A stretch of 64,000 bases of DNA from an uncultured bacterium (GCA_963726455.1 CAVSCK010000004.1:864001-928000); one strand, 5' to 3'. Numbered from the stretch's first letter, positions 9,578 to 19,876 are shown. A program made the numbers and translations. Notes: generated from the letters alone by a model not told the origin.

Positions 9578-11187
9578 CTACATCCTGAAAATGCCGAAAT
9601 TGGTATCCGGTATTTCACTGTTCAGCGATACGGAAATCGCCAGCCCCAGAAGATCGCGCGTTTTCAGCGGATCGATGATTCCGTCGTCCCAGAGACGCGC
9701 AGTCGAATAGTACGGCGAGGATTCGCGCTCGTATTTTTCCAGTGTCGGTTTCTTAAACGCGGCTTCCATCTCGGCAGTCAATTCGACACCCTGCTTCTTA
9801 AGCTGGGACTTTCTTGACTGTCCAAAGCACGTCGGCCGCCTGCTCACCACCCATGACACAGATCTTTCCCGCCGGCCACATCCAGAGGAAATTCGGATCG
9901 TAACCACGGCCGCACATGGCATAGTTGCCGGCACCGTAGGAACCGCCGACGATCACGGTGAATTTCGGCACCTGCGCATTGGCAACGGCATGAACCAGCT
10001 TGGCGCCGTCGCGCGCGATGCCGCCATGCTCATATTTCTTGCCGACGATGAAGCCGGTGATATTCTGCAGGAAGATCAACGGTATGCGACGCAGCGCGCA
10101 CATCTCAATAAAATGCGCACCCTTCAGCGATGACTCGCTGAACAGCACGCCGTTGTTGCCGATGATTCCAACCATGTAGCCATGAATTCGCGCAAAGCCG
10201 CAGACCAGCGTCGCGCCGTACAACGTCTTGAACTCCTGAAAACGGCTGCCGTCAACAATGCGCGCAATCAACTCGCGAATATCGTAAGGCCGGCGCAAGT
10301 CGGTCGGCACGACACCATACAGTTCCTGCGGATCGTAGTACGGGTCTTCCGTCGCCGCGCGTTCGAGCGGATACTTCTCTTTACGATTCAGCGTCTCGAC
10401 GATATTGCGGCAGATCGCGATCGCATGTTCGTCGTTCAGAGCATAATGATCCGCGGTACCTGAAATTCGGCAGTGCACATCTGCGCCGCCAAGATCTTCA
10501 TCGCTGACTTCCTCACCGGTCGCGGCCTTCACGAGCGGCGGACCACCAATGAAGATCGTCCCCTGCTTGCGAACGATGATCGCCTCATCCGACATCGCCG
10601 GAACATAAGCGCCACCAGCCGTGCAACTGCCGAGCACGACTGCAATCTGCGGAATACGAAGTCCCGAGAGCGTCGCCTGATTGTAAAAGATTTTGCCGAA
10701 GTGATCCTTGTCGGGAAATGTCCCCGATTGCTCCGGCAGGAAGATACCGCCCAGAATCAACCAGATACACACAGGGCAGATTGTTCTTGCGGGCGATTTC
10801 CTGTGCGCGCACATGTTTCTTGATCGTCATCGGGAAATAGGTGCCACCTTTGACTGTGGCATCATTCGCGACCACCAGCACTTCTCGGCCATGCACGACA
10901 CCGATACCGGTCACCATTCCGGCAGCCGGAGCAGCGTTGTCGTACATGTCACAGGCCGCCAGCGGTGACAACTCGATAAACGGTGTGTTGTCATCGAACA
11001 GCCGGTCCAGCCGCTCGCGCACCGTAAGCTTGCCGCGCGCTTTGTGGCGTGCTACCGATTCCGGCGGGCCGCCCTGACGCGCTGCATCCATGCGGCTGCG
11101 GAGATCCTCCACCAACCGCTTGTTCTCATCGAAGTTCGCCTGATACTCAGGCGATTTTGTGTCGACTTTGGTTTCGATTCTATACAT
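9578..11187 (-). CDS. Methylcrotonyl-CoA carboxylase carboxyltransferase (beta) subunit, two +1 frameshifts near 10751 and 9811
   Basis: [42 protein letters not shown] and [15 protein letters not shown] lie in three ORFs that join on removal of single bases. Confidence 0.85.
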
Positions 11188-11256
11188 CGGTCTTTCCCAC
11201 TATTATCGACCGTATCAAACCCACAGCAAGCTGTGGGCTACCTCTCGAACTCGGAC

Positions 11257-11649
11257 TTAGATCACCGGGACGAATTTATATCCGTAACCGATCACACCAT
11301 TATGTCCGTCGGCCTGCACGCGGCGGAATTCGATCTGCAGATTCATGCCGTCTTTGATGTCAGCCAGATCGATATCCACAATCTGTGCCGTGATCTTGAC
11401 GCCCTCCGGGAATTCGCAAATACCCAGAGCGTACGGCGACTGATCCTTGAACTGGCTCGCCGGTGTATGGATTACCGTATATGTGATCAACTTGCCAATT
11501 GGCGAAACCATGATCGTCTCGAACTCACGTTTACCGCACTCACGGCAGATCAGGCGATGCGGGAAGTAAACCTTGCCGCAACTCTTGCACTTGGCCGCTT
11601 CAAGACGATAACGATGCGGGAACTCACGCGCAACTCTTGCCGGAAACAT
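11257..11649 (-). CDS. DUF35 family Zn-ribbon/OB-fold protein (thiolase/HMGS scaffold)
   Basis: CKSC-x10-CREC Zn ribbon, GKLITYTVIH, PYALG and YGYKF; TGATG-coupled to the thiolase. Confidence 0.9.
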   Translation of the reverse strand: MFPARVAREFPHRYRLEAAKCKSCGKVYFPHRLICRECGKREFETIMVSPIGKLITYTVIHTPASQFKDQSPYALGICEFPEGVKITAQIVDIDLADIKDGMNLQIEFRRVQADGHNGVIGYGYKFVPVI

Positions 11650-12812
11650 CACGCCACCTCCATGATATGCACTACTGAACTGCCACCGGAACCACCCATA
11701 TTCTGAGTCATGCCGACTTTCGCGTTCTTGACCTGGCGCTTGCCGGCGTCACCGCGAAGTTGATGCACGATTTCGATTGCCTGCGCAATGCCGGTCGCGC
11801 CGACCGGATGGCCCTTTGATTTCAGACCGCCGGAAGCATTGATCGGGAACTTGCCTTCGATTCGGGTTTCACCGGCAGCAGCGGCGGCAGCGCCCTTGCC
11901 GCACGGGAACATCCCGAGCGCTTCGCTGACGATAATCTCAGCGATCGTGAAACAGTCATGCACTTCCGTGACGTTGATATCGTTGACTGTCTTCCCTGCC
12001 ATCTTATATGCGCGTTCAGCCGACATTTTGACGGCATCGAGCGAGGTCAGACTGCGGCGGTCGTGCAGCGCAATGGAATCTGTCGCCATGCCGCAACCGA
12101 TAATCTTGATCGCCGGCTTGTTGGAGAATTCCTTCACGCGATCCAGCGGACACAAAATCATCGCCGCGGCGCCGTCGGTGATCGGCGAGCAATCCAGAAT
12201 CCGCAGCGGATCGGCGACCATGACCGACTCGTTGACGGTCTTGATGTCGATCTTCATCTGATATTGGGCATTGGGATTATTCAACCCGTTGTCGTGGTTC
12301 TTCACCGCAACGGCGGAAAGTTGGTCGCGGGTGGCGCCATATTGCTCCATGTACGCCCGCGCCATCAGCGCATAGAGGCCGGGGAAAGTCGCGCCGTTGA
12401 ATACTTCGTATTCCTGATCGGCCGCGGTTGCCAGCGCATAGGTCGCGCCGTCACCGGATACGTCGGTCATCTTCTCGACTCCGCCTACCAGCACGAGATC
12501 GCTCATGCCGGAGGCAACTTCGATAAAGCCGCAGCGCAAGGCAAGTCCACCTGAAGCGCACGCGGATTCAACGCGCGTCGCCGGCAGGCCTTTCTGGCCG
12601 AGATAATCGGCCATGATCGAGCCGATATGTTCCTGCCCGACAAACAGGCCGCCGGTCATGCAACCGACATACATGCTGTCGAGCTTGTCAACTTTCGTAT
12701 CTGCCAGGGCGTTCAAAGCCGCTTCGACAAAGAGATCGCGGAACGATTTCTCCCACAACTCTCCCCATTTCTGCATGCCGACGCCGATTATTGCAACATC
12801 TCTCATCGTCAT
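11649..12812 (-). CDS. Archaeal-type (SCP2-like) acetoacetyl-CoA thiolase
   Basis: [31 protein letters not shown] and NMGGSG; HDCF replaces NEAF. Confidence 0.9.
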   Translation of the reverse strand: MTMRDVAIIGVGMQKWGELWEKSFRDLFVEAALNALADTKVDKLDSMYVGCMTGGLFVGQEHIGSIMADYLGQKGLPATRVESACASGGLALRCGFIEVASGMSDLVLVGGVEKMTDVSGDGATYALATAADQEYEVFNGATFPGLYALMARAYMEQYGATRDQLSAVAVKNHDNGLNNPNAQYQMKIDIKTVNESVMVADPLRILDCSPITDGAAAMILCPLDRVKEFSNKPAIKIIGCGMATDSIALHDRRSLTSLDAVKMSAERAYKMAGKTVNDINVTEVHDCFTIAEIIVSEALGMFPCGKGAAAAAAGETRIEGKFPINASGGLKSKGHPVGATGIAQAIEIVHQLRGDAGKRQVKNAKVGMTQNMGGSGGSSVVHIMEVA

Positions 12813-12817
12813 ACTCC

Positions 12818-13873
12818 TTAATCGTTCTTGATGATTTTGTGGCGGAACTTGGCGTAGGTGCCGTAGTCGAGGTAAACCTTCTTCTCATCGAGAAGCGTGA
12901 AGGTCTGCGTCGTAATGTTCTGCACCTCTTTAATCCGGTCGGTAACGCGCCAGATAAATCCGTCCGAACCGGCGCCGGAACCGTAGGAGACCATGAAAAT
13001 GCGGTCACCCGGTTTGGCTACATCAAGAATCGCGGTCAAGCCCATCGGCGATGCACCGGAATACGTGTTGCCGAGACGTGGCGTCAACCGGCCGCGCTCG
13101 ATCTGCTCTTTCTTGAAGCCGAGCATAAGTCCGGCACGCATCGGGAATTTGCCGTTGGGTTGGTGGAAGACGGCCCACTGGAAATCGGCCGGCTTGGTAC
13201 CCGACTTTTCCAAGAGTGCCTTGGCGGCGCCGAGCGTGTGTTTGAAGTACGCTGGTTCGCCGGTATAACGTCCGCCGTGTTGCGGATAGAATTCATGTTC
13301 GCGGCGCCAGAAATCGGGCGTATCGGTCATGAAGCTGACCGTGAATTCGATTTCGGCGACGAGTTTGTCGGCGCCCATCACGAACGCGGCAGCACCGGCT
13401 GATGCGGAATACTCCAGCGCATCACCGGGCGCTCCCTGCGACGTGTCGGCAGCGATCGCCATGCCATAGTCGATGTCGCCCGCCCTAACGAGCATCATCG
13501 TGGTATACATGGCTTCCGTGCCGGCTTTGCAGGCAAATTCGTAGTCAGCGCAACGGCAGAACGGTACCGCGCCGATGGCTTCGGCAACTACCGTACCGGA
13601 CGGTTTGACCGCATACGGATGCGATTCCGAGCCGATATACATTGAAGAAATCTGAGAGCCCCTAATTCCTGCGCGTTTCAGCGCACGCTTGGCGGCCTCG
13701 ACAGCGAGCGTGATCGTGTCGCAATCTGGAGGTGGCACCGATTTCTCCCACAGTTCCAGACCCTTCTTATATGAGGGGGCATCCGCTCCCCAGGTCTTGG
13801 CGATCTCCTCGACTTTGATCCGGTACCGTGGGATGTGCGCTCCGTAGCCGACAATTCCGACTTTTCTAGTCAT
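12818..13873 (-). CDS. Archaeal-type hydroxymethylglutaryl-CoA synthase
   Basis: [11 protein letters not shown] (Glu), EFACKAGT (Cys), HQPNGKFP (His), GNTYSG and SYGSGAGSD; 351 aa, typical of archaeal HMGS. Confidence 0.9.
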   Translation of the reverse strand: MTRKVGIVGYGAHIPRYRIKVEEIAKTWGADAPSYKKGLELWEKSVPPPDCDTITLAVEAAKRALKRAGIRGSQISSMYIGSESHPYAVKPSGTVVAEAIGAVPFCRCADYEFACKAGTEAMYTTMMLVRAGDIDYGMAIAADTSQGAPGDALEYSASAGAAAFVMGADKLVAEIEFTVSFMTDTPDFWRREHEFYPQHGGRYTGEPAYFKHTLGAAKALLEKSGTKPADFQWAVFHQPNGKFPMRAGLMLGFKKEQIERGRLTPRLGNTYSGASPMGLTAILDVAKPGDRIFMVSYGSGAGSDGFIWRVTDRIKEVQNITTQTFTLLDEKKVYLDYGTYAKFRHKIIKND

Positions 13874-13951
13874 TGAAGTACCTCGATATATGTTGATTTA
13901 GAGTTTGCTCACACACCATAAGTCATACGCGCATTTCCGCATAGAGATCGG

Positions 13952-13980
13952 ATGTTAAGCATTTGCCCCGTTTATGTCAA
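13952..13980 (-). promoter_or_regulatory. Putative sigma70 promoter of the HMGS operon
   Basis: TTGACA-17 bp-TAACAT, 79 bp upstream of the start codon. Confidence 0.6.
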
Positions 13981-14059
13981 GGGCTTTGGAGTTCATTGAT
14001 TCGGTTTACCAGATCGGCTACCGGCTTAGGGAAACCGGCCTTCGAGACCAATCATCATG

Positions 14060-14087
14060 TTGACATGAGGATGAAATTCGTTATCTT
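14060..14087 (+). promoter_or_regulatory. Putative divergent sigma70 promoter
   Basis: TTGACA-16 bp-TATCTT. Confidence 0.4.
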
Positions 14088-14234
14088 ATCATCGATTCAC
14101 TGGTCGCCGATATCGTGCGTGGTTACTCGCCAATGTGATAGTCACATTTGCAGTTTCTTCGCATCATGATGATTAGCCGAAGCAAACCAAATTGGGCTAT
14201 TAGATTCGAACAAATTCCGAAAGGAGTATTACTT

Positions 14235-16139
14235 ATGCAATTGCGCATGAAACTTGTGGGATTGGGCCTGGCGGCTGTCCTTTTGGCCACTGCGCTTTAT
14301 GCGGAAGTGCCCCGCATTATGAACTATCAAGGGAGACTTACCAACTCACTGGGCGTGCCCTACTCGGGCACGAAGAACGTGACATTTAAGATCTACAGCG
14401 GCTCCGGAGTTGTCATCTGGAACTCGGGGATCTTGAGTTTGACGTTTGCAGACGGGTTGTTCAGCGTCAAACTCGGCGAATCACCGCAGCCCCAGCTACC
14501 AACTACAAACTGGCAGACCGACACTCTTCTTACCCTTGGAATCTCTGTCGATCCAGAGCCGGAGTTGACGCCTCGTGTTCGCTTCACCACTGCCGGCTAT
14601 GCTTTCACAGCCAAGACGGCCGATATGGCGAGTTCTATCGCTGATAACAGTGTCACCAGCGCAAAGATCGTCAACGGTTCCATTTTGTTCGAGGATCTAG
14701 GGACAAACGGCGCGAACGAAGGGAAGGTCGTCAAATACCAGAGCGGACACTGGTCTGCCGGCACTGACGATATTGGCCCTACTACCGGTTGGACTGATGC
14801 CGGTTCGATTATATACAATACAACCCTCGCCGACAGCGTCGGTATTGGCACCGCAACACCGGGAGCGAAACTCGACGTGTCAGCACCTGTCGACCAGATT
14901 GCGACGCGGATATCGAGTTCCAGTAATGATGTCAGACTGCCTGCAGTCCAAGCGATCAATCCGGGTCAAAACACCGCTCTGTTCTATAACGGCCCCCTCT
15001 CTGCATGGCCGGCGTGGCCTCCTTGCGCCGTCTACAGCAGAGTCAGTGGAAAGACCTCGGGCATAGCCGGGTGGTTTGAGACATACGGGAGCGGCTTCGC
15101 GGCCGTTGATGCGAACAACGGCGCAAGCGATTCAGCGTATGGCATCTCGGCTTCGGCGTACAACGGAACAGCCGCCTGGCTGCAGGGCGAAACAGGGTTG
15201 GAATGCTCGGGTCATGGACCCACTGCTGCGAAGTTTGAAGCGAACGCCGGCGAGTTTAGTCGGACAATCGATGCCAGGTATACGGGGTCCTTTGTCACGG
15301 ATCACCAGGCCGTTTATGGCTATTCCAGGCCGGCAGATTATTATGGAGTGGGCGGAGACTTCGAAGGTGGTTATTTCGGTGCGGTTGGCTACGTAAATCC
15401 AACCGGAAGCTATTCATATTATGGAGTCAAAGGCCAGGTGGCCGGTGGCACAGGTACGAACTACGGTCTATACGGTCTCGCATACGGAACTGGCGAGAAT
15501 TACGGCATCTTTGCGACATCTTATTCCGGGACCACCAACTGGGCAGGTTATTTCGAAGGCGACGTAAATATCACCGGGAACATTGTAAAATCTGGTGGTG
15601 GCTTCAAGATTGACCACCCCTCGAATCCCGCGAACATGTATCTGCAGCACAGTTCGGTATCGTCGGATGAAATGAAAGACATCTACGACGGCGTAGCAGC
15701 TCTCGATGTTAGCGGCAAAGCGACGATTCAACTTCCCAACTGGTTCGAAGCACTGAACGCCGATTTCCGCTACCAGTTGACCTGCATCGGCGGATATGCA
15801 CCGGTCTACATAGCATCAAAGATTAGCGGTAACAGTTTTACGATTGCCGGAGGAACGCCCGGTCTTGAAGTTTCCTGGCAAGTTACCGGTGTTCGCATAG
15901 ACAAGTTCGCCCAGGCGAATCCGATGAAGACGGAACTGGACAAGGGACCGTCAAAAAGAGGTCGATACTTGCATCCCGAACTATATGGTTTGGGAAGAGA
16001 CATGAGCGTCACCTATGATCCTCAGCGATCTCCTGACGTACAGGCGAAGGATGAGGCAATACGCCAGAACACGGCAAAGGCAGCGGCTGAACGTATCAGC
16101 ACACCTGCCAAGACGGAGACCGTATCGTCGGGTCAGTAG
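14235..16139 (+). CDS. Secreted tail-fibre/adhesin-like protein
   Basis: AAGGAG RBS, signal peptide, NYQGRL N-terminal domain, VGIGTATP motif, Gly/Tyr-rich GxYG repeats and C-terminal FKIDHPxxPxNxYLxH domain. Confidence 0.7.
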   Translation: MQLRMKLVGLGLAAVLLATALYAEVPRIMNYQGRLTNSLGVPYSGTKNVTFKIYSGSGVVIWNSGILSLTFADGLFSVKLGESPQPQLPTTNWQTDTLLTLGISVDPEPELTPRVRFTTAGYAFTAKTADMASSIADNSVTSAKIVNGSILFEDLGTNGANEGKVVKYQSGHWSAGTDDIGPTTGWTDAGSIIYNTTLADSVGIGTATPGAKLDVSAPVDQIATRISSSSNDVRLPAVQAINPGQNTALFYNGPLSAWPAWPPCAVYSRVSGKTSGIAGWFETYGSGFAAVDANNGASDSAYGISASAYNGTAAWLQGETGLECSGHGPTAAKFEANAGEFSRTIDARYTGSFVTDHQAVYGYSRPADYYGVGGDFEGGYFGAVGYVNPTGSYSYYGVKGQVAGGTGTNYGLYGLAYGTGENYGIFATSYSGTTNWAGYFEGDVNITGNIVKSGGGFKIDHPSNPANMYLQHSSVSSDEMKDIYDGVAALDVSGKATIQLPNWFEALNADFRYQLTCIGGYAPVYIASKISGNSFTIAGGTPGLEVSWQVTGVRIDKFAQANPMKTELDKGPSKRGRYLHPELYGLGRDMSVTYDPQRSPDVQAKDEAIRQNTAKAAAERISTPAKTETVSSGQ

Positions 16140-16318
16140 ACCTGCAGAATTGGCGCGAGCGGCCTCAGAGGCGAGGTCGCCGCGCTTTAACATGTTGCCC
16201 CTGTAATTCTCAAGAAATGATCGCGATCAGGTCAGAGGTTGAGTGTCACTGCTTAAGGAAAGTCGGAACCGATCTACCGGTGGTCCTGCGGAAACACCGG
16301 TATTCCCGAAAAGGGTAA

Positions 16319-17125
16319 CTACTGCTCCTCTGGCCACTGCGACATATCGCAATGGCCCAGACTCTCAAACATGCACCTTGCCACAAACGCTTCGCCCCAC
16401 CAGTCAGGTCTCTGCCAAATCTGCTCAGGGAAGTTCCGGTAGGCGTGACCCACGTATTCGACTTTTTCATCAGTCACGCGGAAGTACCAGTACTCGCTGA
16501 CCAGGCACCCCGAGGGGCAGTCTTCGGAGCCCTCGCGAAACAGGTATGTCCTCTTTTCGCCGCGCAGCCAGGGATATACGTTTGAATCGTCGCCTCCTAG
16601 AATATCCGGACCTGCACTTGTTACGCCAGGCAATCCCCTATAGGAGTTCGCCAGCGAATCGCCATTTGCAATTCCCTCGAAAGTAAGCTTAACGGTGGGA
16701 GCCAATTGGAGAGCAAGTGTGTCTATGTCGTTCACTCGCAGAAGTGCGTTTACGGAATCCCATGCGCGGTATTCACCTCTCCTGAGTTGCACAATAGACG
16801 AGCTATCAAAACGGACAAGTATCTGTGATATGGGGACATTCGAAAAAAAGTGAATCGTCCGCACCTGCGAAATCCCCCAGTCATTAGCGCGAATTCGCTG
16901 CAGGTCATTATGAAATTTCTGATACAACCACTCCGGAGCAACCAACTCGTTTGAGTACCACAACGCCGCCTGCTCGGCCTCCACATCCTCGCGCGGCGTT
17001 TGGGCAAGCTGATCCTTGATCCATTGTGTGCGATCCGTTGGAGTCGGTGCATTGCCATAATCGCCACATGACGGGAAGAGTAGAGCTGAAAAAACAATTC
17101 CAAAGAATAACGCGGATTTCTTCAC
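16319..17125 (-). CDS. Hypothetical lipoprotein
   Basis: MKK plus hydrophobic stretch and LFPS-C lipobox-like site; DCPSGC motif; GGGAGG RBS. Confidence 0.65.
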   Translation of the reverse strand: MKKSALFFGIVFSALLFPSCGDYGNAPTPTDRTQWIKDQLAQTPREDVEAEQAALWYSNELVAPEWLYQKFHNDLQRIRANDWGISQVRTIHFFSNVPISQILVRFDSSSIVQLRRGEYRAWDSVNALLRVNDIDTLALQLAPTVKLTFEGIANGDSLANSYRGLPGVTSAGPDILGGDDSNVYPWLRGEKRTYLFREGSEDCPSGCLVSEYWYFRVTDEKVEYVGHAYRNFPEQIWQRPDWWGEAFVARCMFESLGHCDMSQWPEEQ

Positions 17126-17373
17126 AGTACCTCCCGGTGTATTGAGGTTAGCCCCAATATAATAAAATCGACGGGAATGGCAATAACGTTATGACGCTGC
17201 GGATTTGCTGACAGATCACCTCTCAAGCACTGCCGATATTGTCCGACATATCATATAGAGGTGTACCTCGGCAGCGGTGGACAGTAAAGTGCGCCCGGTC
17301 AGTTGCCGAGGTAAGTCACCGCACGATAAGGCGTTACGCGGACTATCAGGGCAGTTTCCGGCAGGAGGATTGA

Positions 17374-18192
17374 GTGCCCCCCAGCAGAGATCAAAATAAA
17401 TCACCCAGAGTAATGATCTTTTCCGATCGGGTGGAATTGCTCTACCCTTTGGAGGTACGGTTGCGGCACGAAGGGTTTCAATTCACAACCTGCGAAACAC
17501 TCGAAACATTCGTCGCGTCCTGCAAGCGCTTTCGCCCAGACATTATCATAATCAAGTCGAGTGCCAAACCGCGCGATGTGGTCAACAGCATCAAGCACCT
17601 GACCGGCAAAGGCATCAATGTCTCCAGCATTCCTACGTTTCTGCTGGTTAGGTCTTGTGTGGCTTTCTTCCTGACGCCGCTATTGGAGATTGGCATCGAG
17701 GACATTGTCGATCTCGACGAGAATCTGGATGTATTGATTCAGAAGATGCGTGAGGTTCGCGCCCGCATTGAACCACGTCTCGCGAAGGCGGCCAATTCCA
17801 GCAAGAAACAGGCATGCTCTCAGGGCAACCTGGCCGACATGAGCATTATCGATTTGTTACAGGCGCTTGGCCCCGGTCAACGGACGGCGCGAATCACCGT
17901 CCGCCCTGACGATGACTCTTCCGATCCCCTGCTTATGTATCTCGTGCGCGGTTGCATCACTTACGCCAAGCTCGGCGACCTGATTGCGGAACAAGCCATT
18001 TACCGTGCGCTCGCCTGGGAACATGGTACCTGGGAGTTGGAGTCGGTCACTGACGCCGATTTGCCTGCTCCGAACAACACGCTTCCAAACGAGTTTATTC
18101 TCATGGAAGGATGCCGCCTATTGGATGAAAATTCCCGTAAGAGCGACGAAAATAAACAGACCGCGTGCGCGGAACAAAACGCCGAGTCATAG
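17374..18192 (+). CDS. Pseudo-receiver plus DUF4388 (PATAN-like) domain protein
   Basis: N-terminal receiver-like fold (RPDIIIIK); C-terminal QGNLADMSIIDLLQ...AIYRALAWEHGTW...ILMEGCRLLDE. Confidence 0.75.
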   Translation: MPPSRDQNKSPRVMIFSDRVELLYPLEVRLRHEGFQFTTCETLETFVASCKRFRPDIIIIKSSAKPRDVVNSIKHLTGKGINVSSIPTFLLVRSCVAFFLTPLLEIGIEDIVDLDENLDVLIQKMREVRARIEPRLAKAANSSKKQACSQGNLADMSIIDLLQALGPGQRTARITVRPDDDSSDPLLMYLVRGCITYAKLGDLIAEQAIYRALAWEHGTWELESVTDADLPAPNNTLPNEFILMEGCRLLDENSRKSDENKQTACAEQNAES

Positions 18193-18382
18193 ACTCCAGC
18201 AAGACCGGCTGGTTTCACAGTCCCAAACACTGAAAAGCGCTTTCAGAAGCCCTTACTCTCACACACAAGAATTCACCAGTTCGGCCGCACAATTTCAGCG
18301 GCCTCTGCGTATTACTGTGAAATAGCGGGCTATATTGTCTGATCTGAGAAACAAGTTAAGGTTGGTTAGTACCGGAGACTCT

Positions 18383-18868
18383 ATGGATGGCTCACTACTG
18401 TCGCAAAGCAACTGTCATTCTCTTGCCTTTGTCGCCAACGGCAAAGACCGTGTCGACGAACTTCGCAGCCTAGGCGTCAGCAAGATTCAGTTCAAAGTGA
18501 CCTCACGGGACAGCGCAGGAATCTTCATCCTCCAAAACACTTTCCACGCGAAAGGTGGCCCGGCGCGACACTTGCATTTCAGTCAGGACGAATGGTTCTA
18601 TGTAATTGAGGGCGAGTTCAGCTTCGAGGTGGGGCAAGATAAATTCCGGTTGTTGCCCGGGGACTCGTTACTGGCTCCGCGTCGGGTACCCCATGTCTGG
18701 GCGTTTGTCGGTGATACCCTGGGCAGTATTGTCGTCGCTTTCACGCCGGCGGGCAAAATGGAGGCGTTTTTCCGCGAGGTGACGAAAGCTAATGCGATGC
18801 CGCCACAGAATCCCCAGTTGTGGCGTGATCACGGAATGGAATTGCTCGGTCCGCCGCTCGAGGTGTAG
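18383..18868 (+). CDS. Cupin domain protein
   Basis: GPARHLHFSQDEWFYVIEG and PRRVPHVW metal-binding motifs. Confidence 0.85.
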   Translation: MDGSLLSQSNCHSLAFVANGKDRVDELRSLGVSKIQFKVTSRDSAGIFILQNTFHAKGGPARHLHFSQDEWFYVIEGEFSFEVGQDKFRLLPGDSLLAPRRVPHVWAFVGDTLGSIVVAFTPAGKMEAFFREVTKANAMPPQNPQLWRDHGMELLGPPLEV

Positions 18869-18927
18869 AATAGTCTCGTGTTTCGAAATCACTTGCGGTA
18901 GCAGGTATCTATTTCGACACACTTTAT

Positions 18928-18942
18928 CGGGGTTTCGACTAC
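18928..18942. repeat. Partial family C element end (CGGGGTTTCGACTAC)
   Basis: Matches the end of 26182-26272. Confidence 0.45.
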
Positions 18943-19075
18943 TTCTCCCGAAAATCCTAGTCCTGCTGCATCTTGCCACATCCACTTCAGTAACCGCATC
19001 AGACTGCGTATAACACCCAAATGGGGAGTGAATTTGTCCGTATAGGAATTTGCACACTAAGGTTTGGAGAACGTC

Positions 19076-19813
19076 ATGACTCAACAAACAACTACCAGGG
19101 GCACAACTGAACACAAGGTGGTGTCGCAATCGGAATGGGTCACCGCCCGTAAAGCATTTCTCGATGAGGAAAAGAGATTTACGCGCCTGCGCGACCAGCT
19201 CAGCCAGCATCGGCGGGAACTTCCCTGGGTCAGGGTAGACAAAGAGTATGTCTTCCTTGGGCCAAACGGAAAAGAAACACTTGCCCAACTCTTCGACGGC
19301 AAGAGCCAGCTAATCGTTTACCATTTCATGTTCGGTCTCGATTGGAAAGAGGGTTGTCCGGCTTGTTCATTCTGGGCGGACAATTTCAACGGCATCGTCG
19401 AGCATTTGAAGCATCGCGATACGACGATGCTGGCAATCTCGCATGCACCGCTCGACAAGATCAATGAATTCAAGAAGCGCATGGGCTGGAGCTTCAAATG
19501 GGTGTCAGCCGCCGACACGGATTTCAACTACGATTTTCAGGTATCCTTTCGCCCGGAAGACTCGCAAGCTCGCCGAATCTACTACAACTATGACTACGTG
19601 CAGTCACGCTCTACCGAAAATCCAGGGATCAGCACTTTCTATAAAGACCAGGACGGTGTGGTTTATCATACCTACTCGGCCTATGCTCGTGGCTTGGACT
19701 TGATGAATACGGCATACAATTACCTTGACCTGACCGCTAAAGGCCGCGATGAAAATTCGCCGGAGACTGAACACGGGAAATGGATCCGGCATCACGACAA
19801 GTATGACGCCTGA
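19076..19813 (+). CDS. DUF899 family thioredoxin-like protein
   Basis: RRELPWV, LFDGKSQLIVYHFMF, GCPACSFWAD, YHTYSAYARG and YLDLTAKGRDE. Confidence 0.9.
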   Translation: MTQQTTTRGTTEHKVVSQSEWVTARKAFLDEEKRFTRLRDQLSQHRRELPWVRVDKEYVFLGPNGKETLAQLFDGKSQLIVYHFMFGLDWKEGCPACSFWADNFNGIVEHLKHRDTTMLAISHAPLDKINEFKKRMGWSFKWVSAADTDFNYDFQVSFRPEDSQARRIYYNYDYVQSRSTENPGISTFYKDQDGVVYHTYSAYARGLDLMNTAYNYLDLTAKGRDENSPETEHGKWIRHHDKYDA

Positions 19814-19834
19814 AATCGTGCGGTGAGAGGAAAT

Positions 19835-19876
19835 GTTGCGTCAGGTCCTAGCCCGTCTCCGGGCGTGACCTGACGC
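19835..19876 (+). repeat. REP-like hairpin, family A
   Basis: GTTGCGTCAGGTC-CTA-GCCCG-TCTC-CGGGC-GT-GACCTGACGC; six copies in the window. Confidence 0.85.

Noticed and set aside
11257-13873. phlACB-type polyketide (DAPG) cluster
   Set aside because: There is no type III PKS (phlD), the HMGS homologue retains full catalytic residues, and its neighbours handle HMG-CoA-derived intermediates.
14235-16139. Prophage tail gene
   Set aside because: It has a Sec signal peptide, and no capsid, terminase, integrase or other phage genes are nearby.
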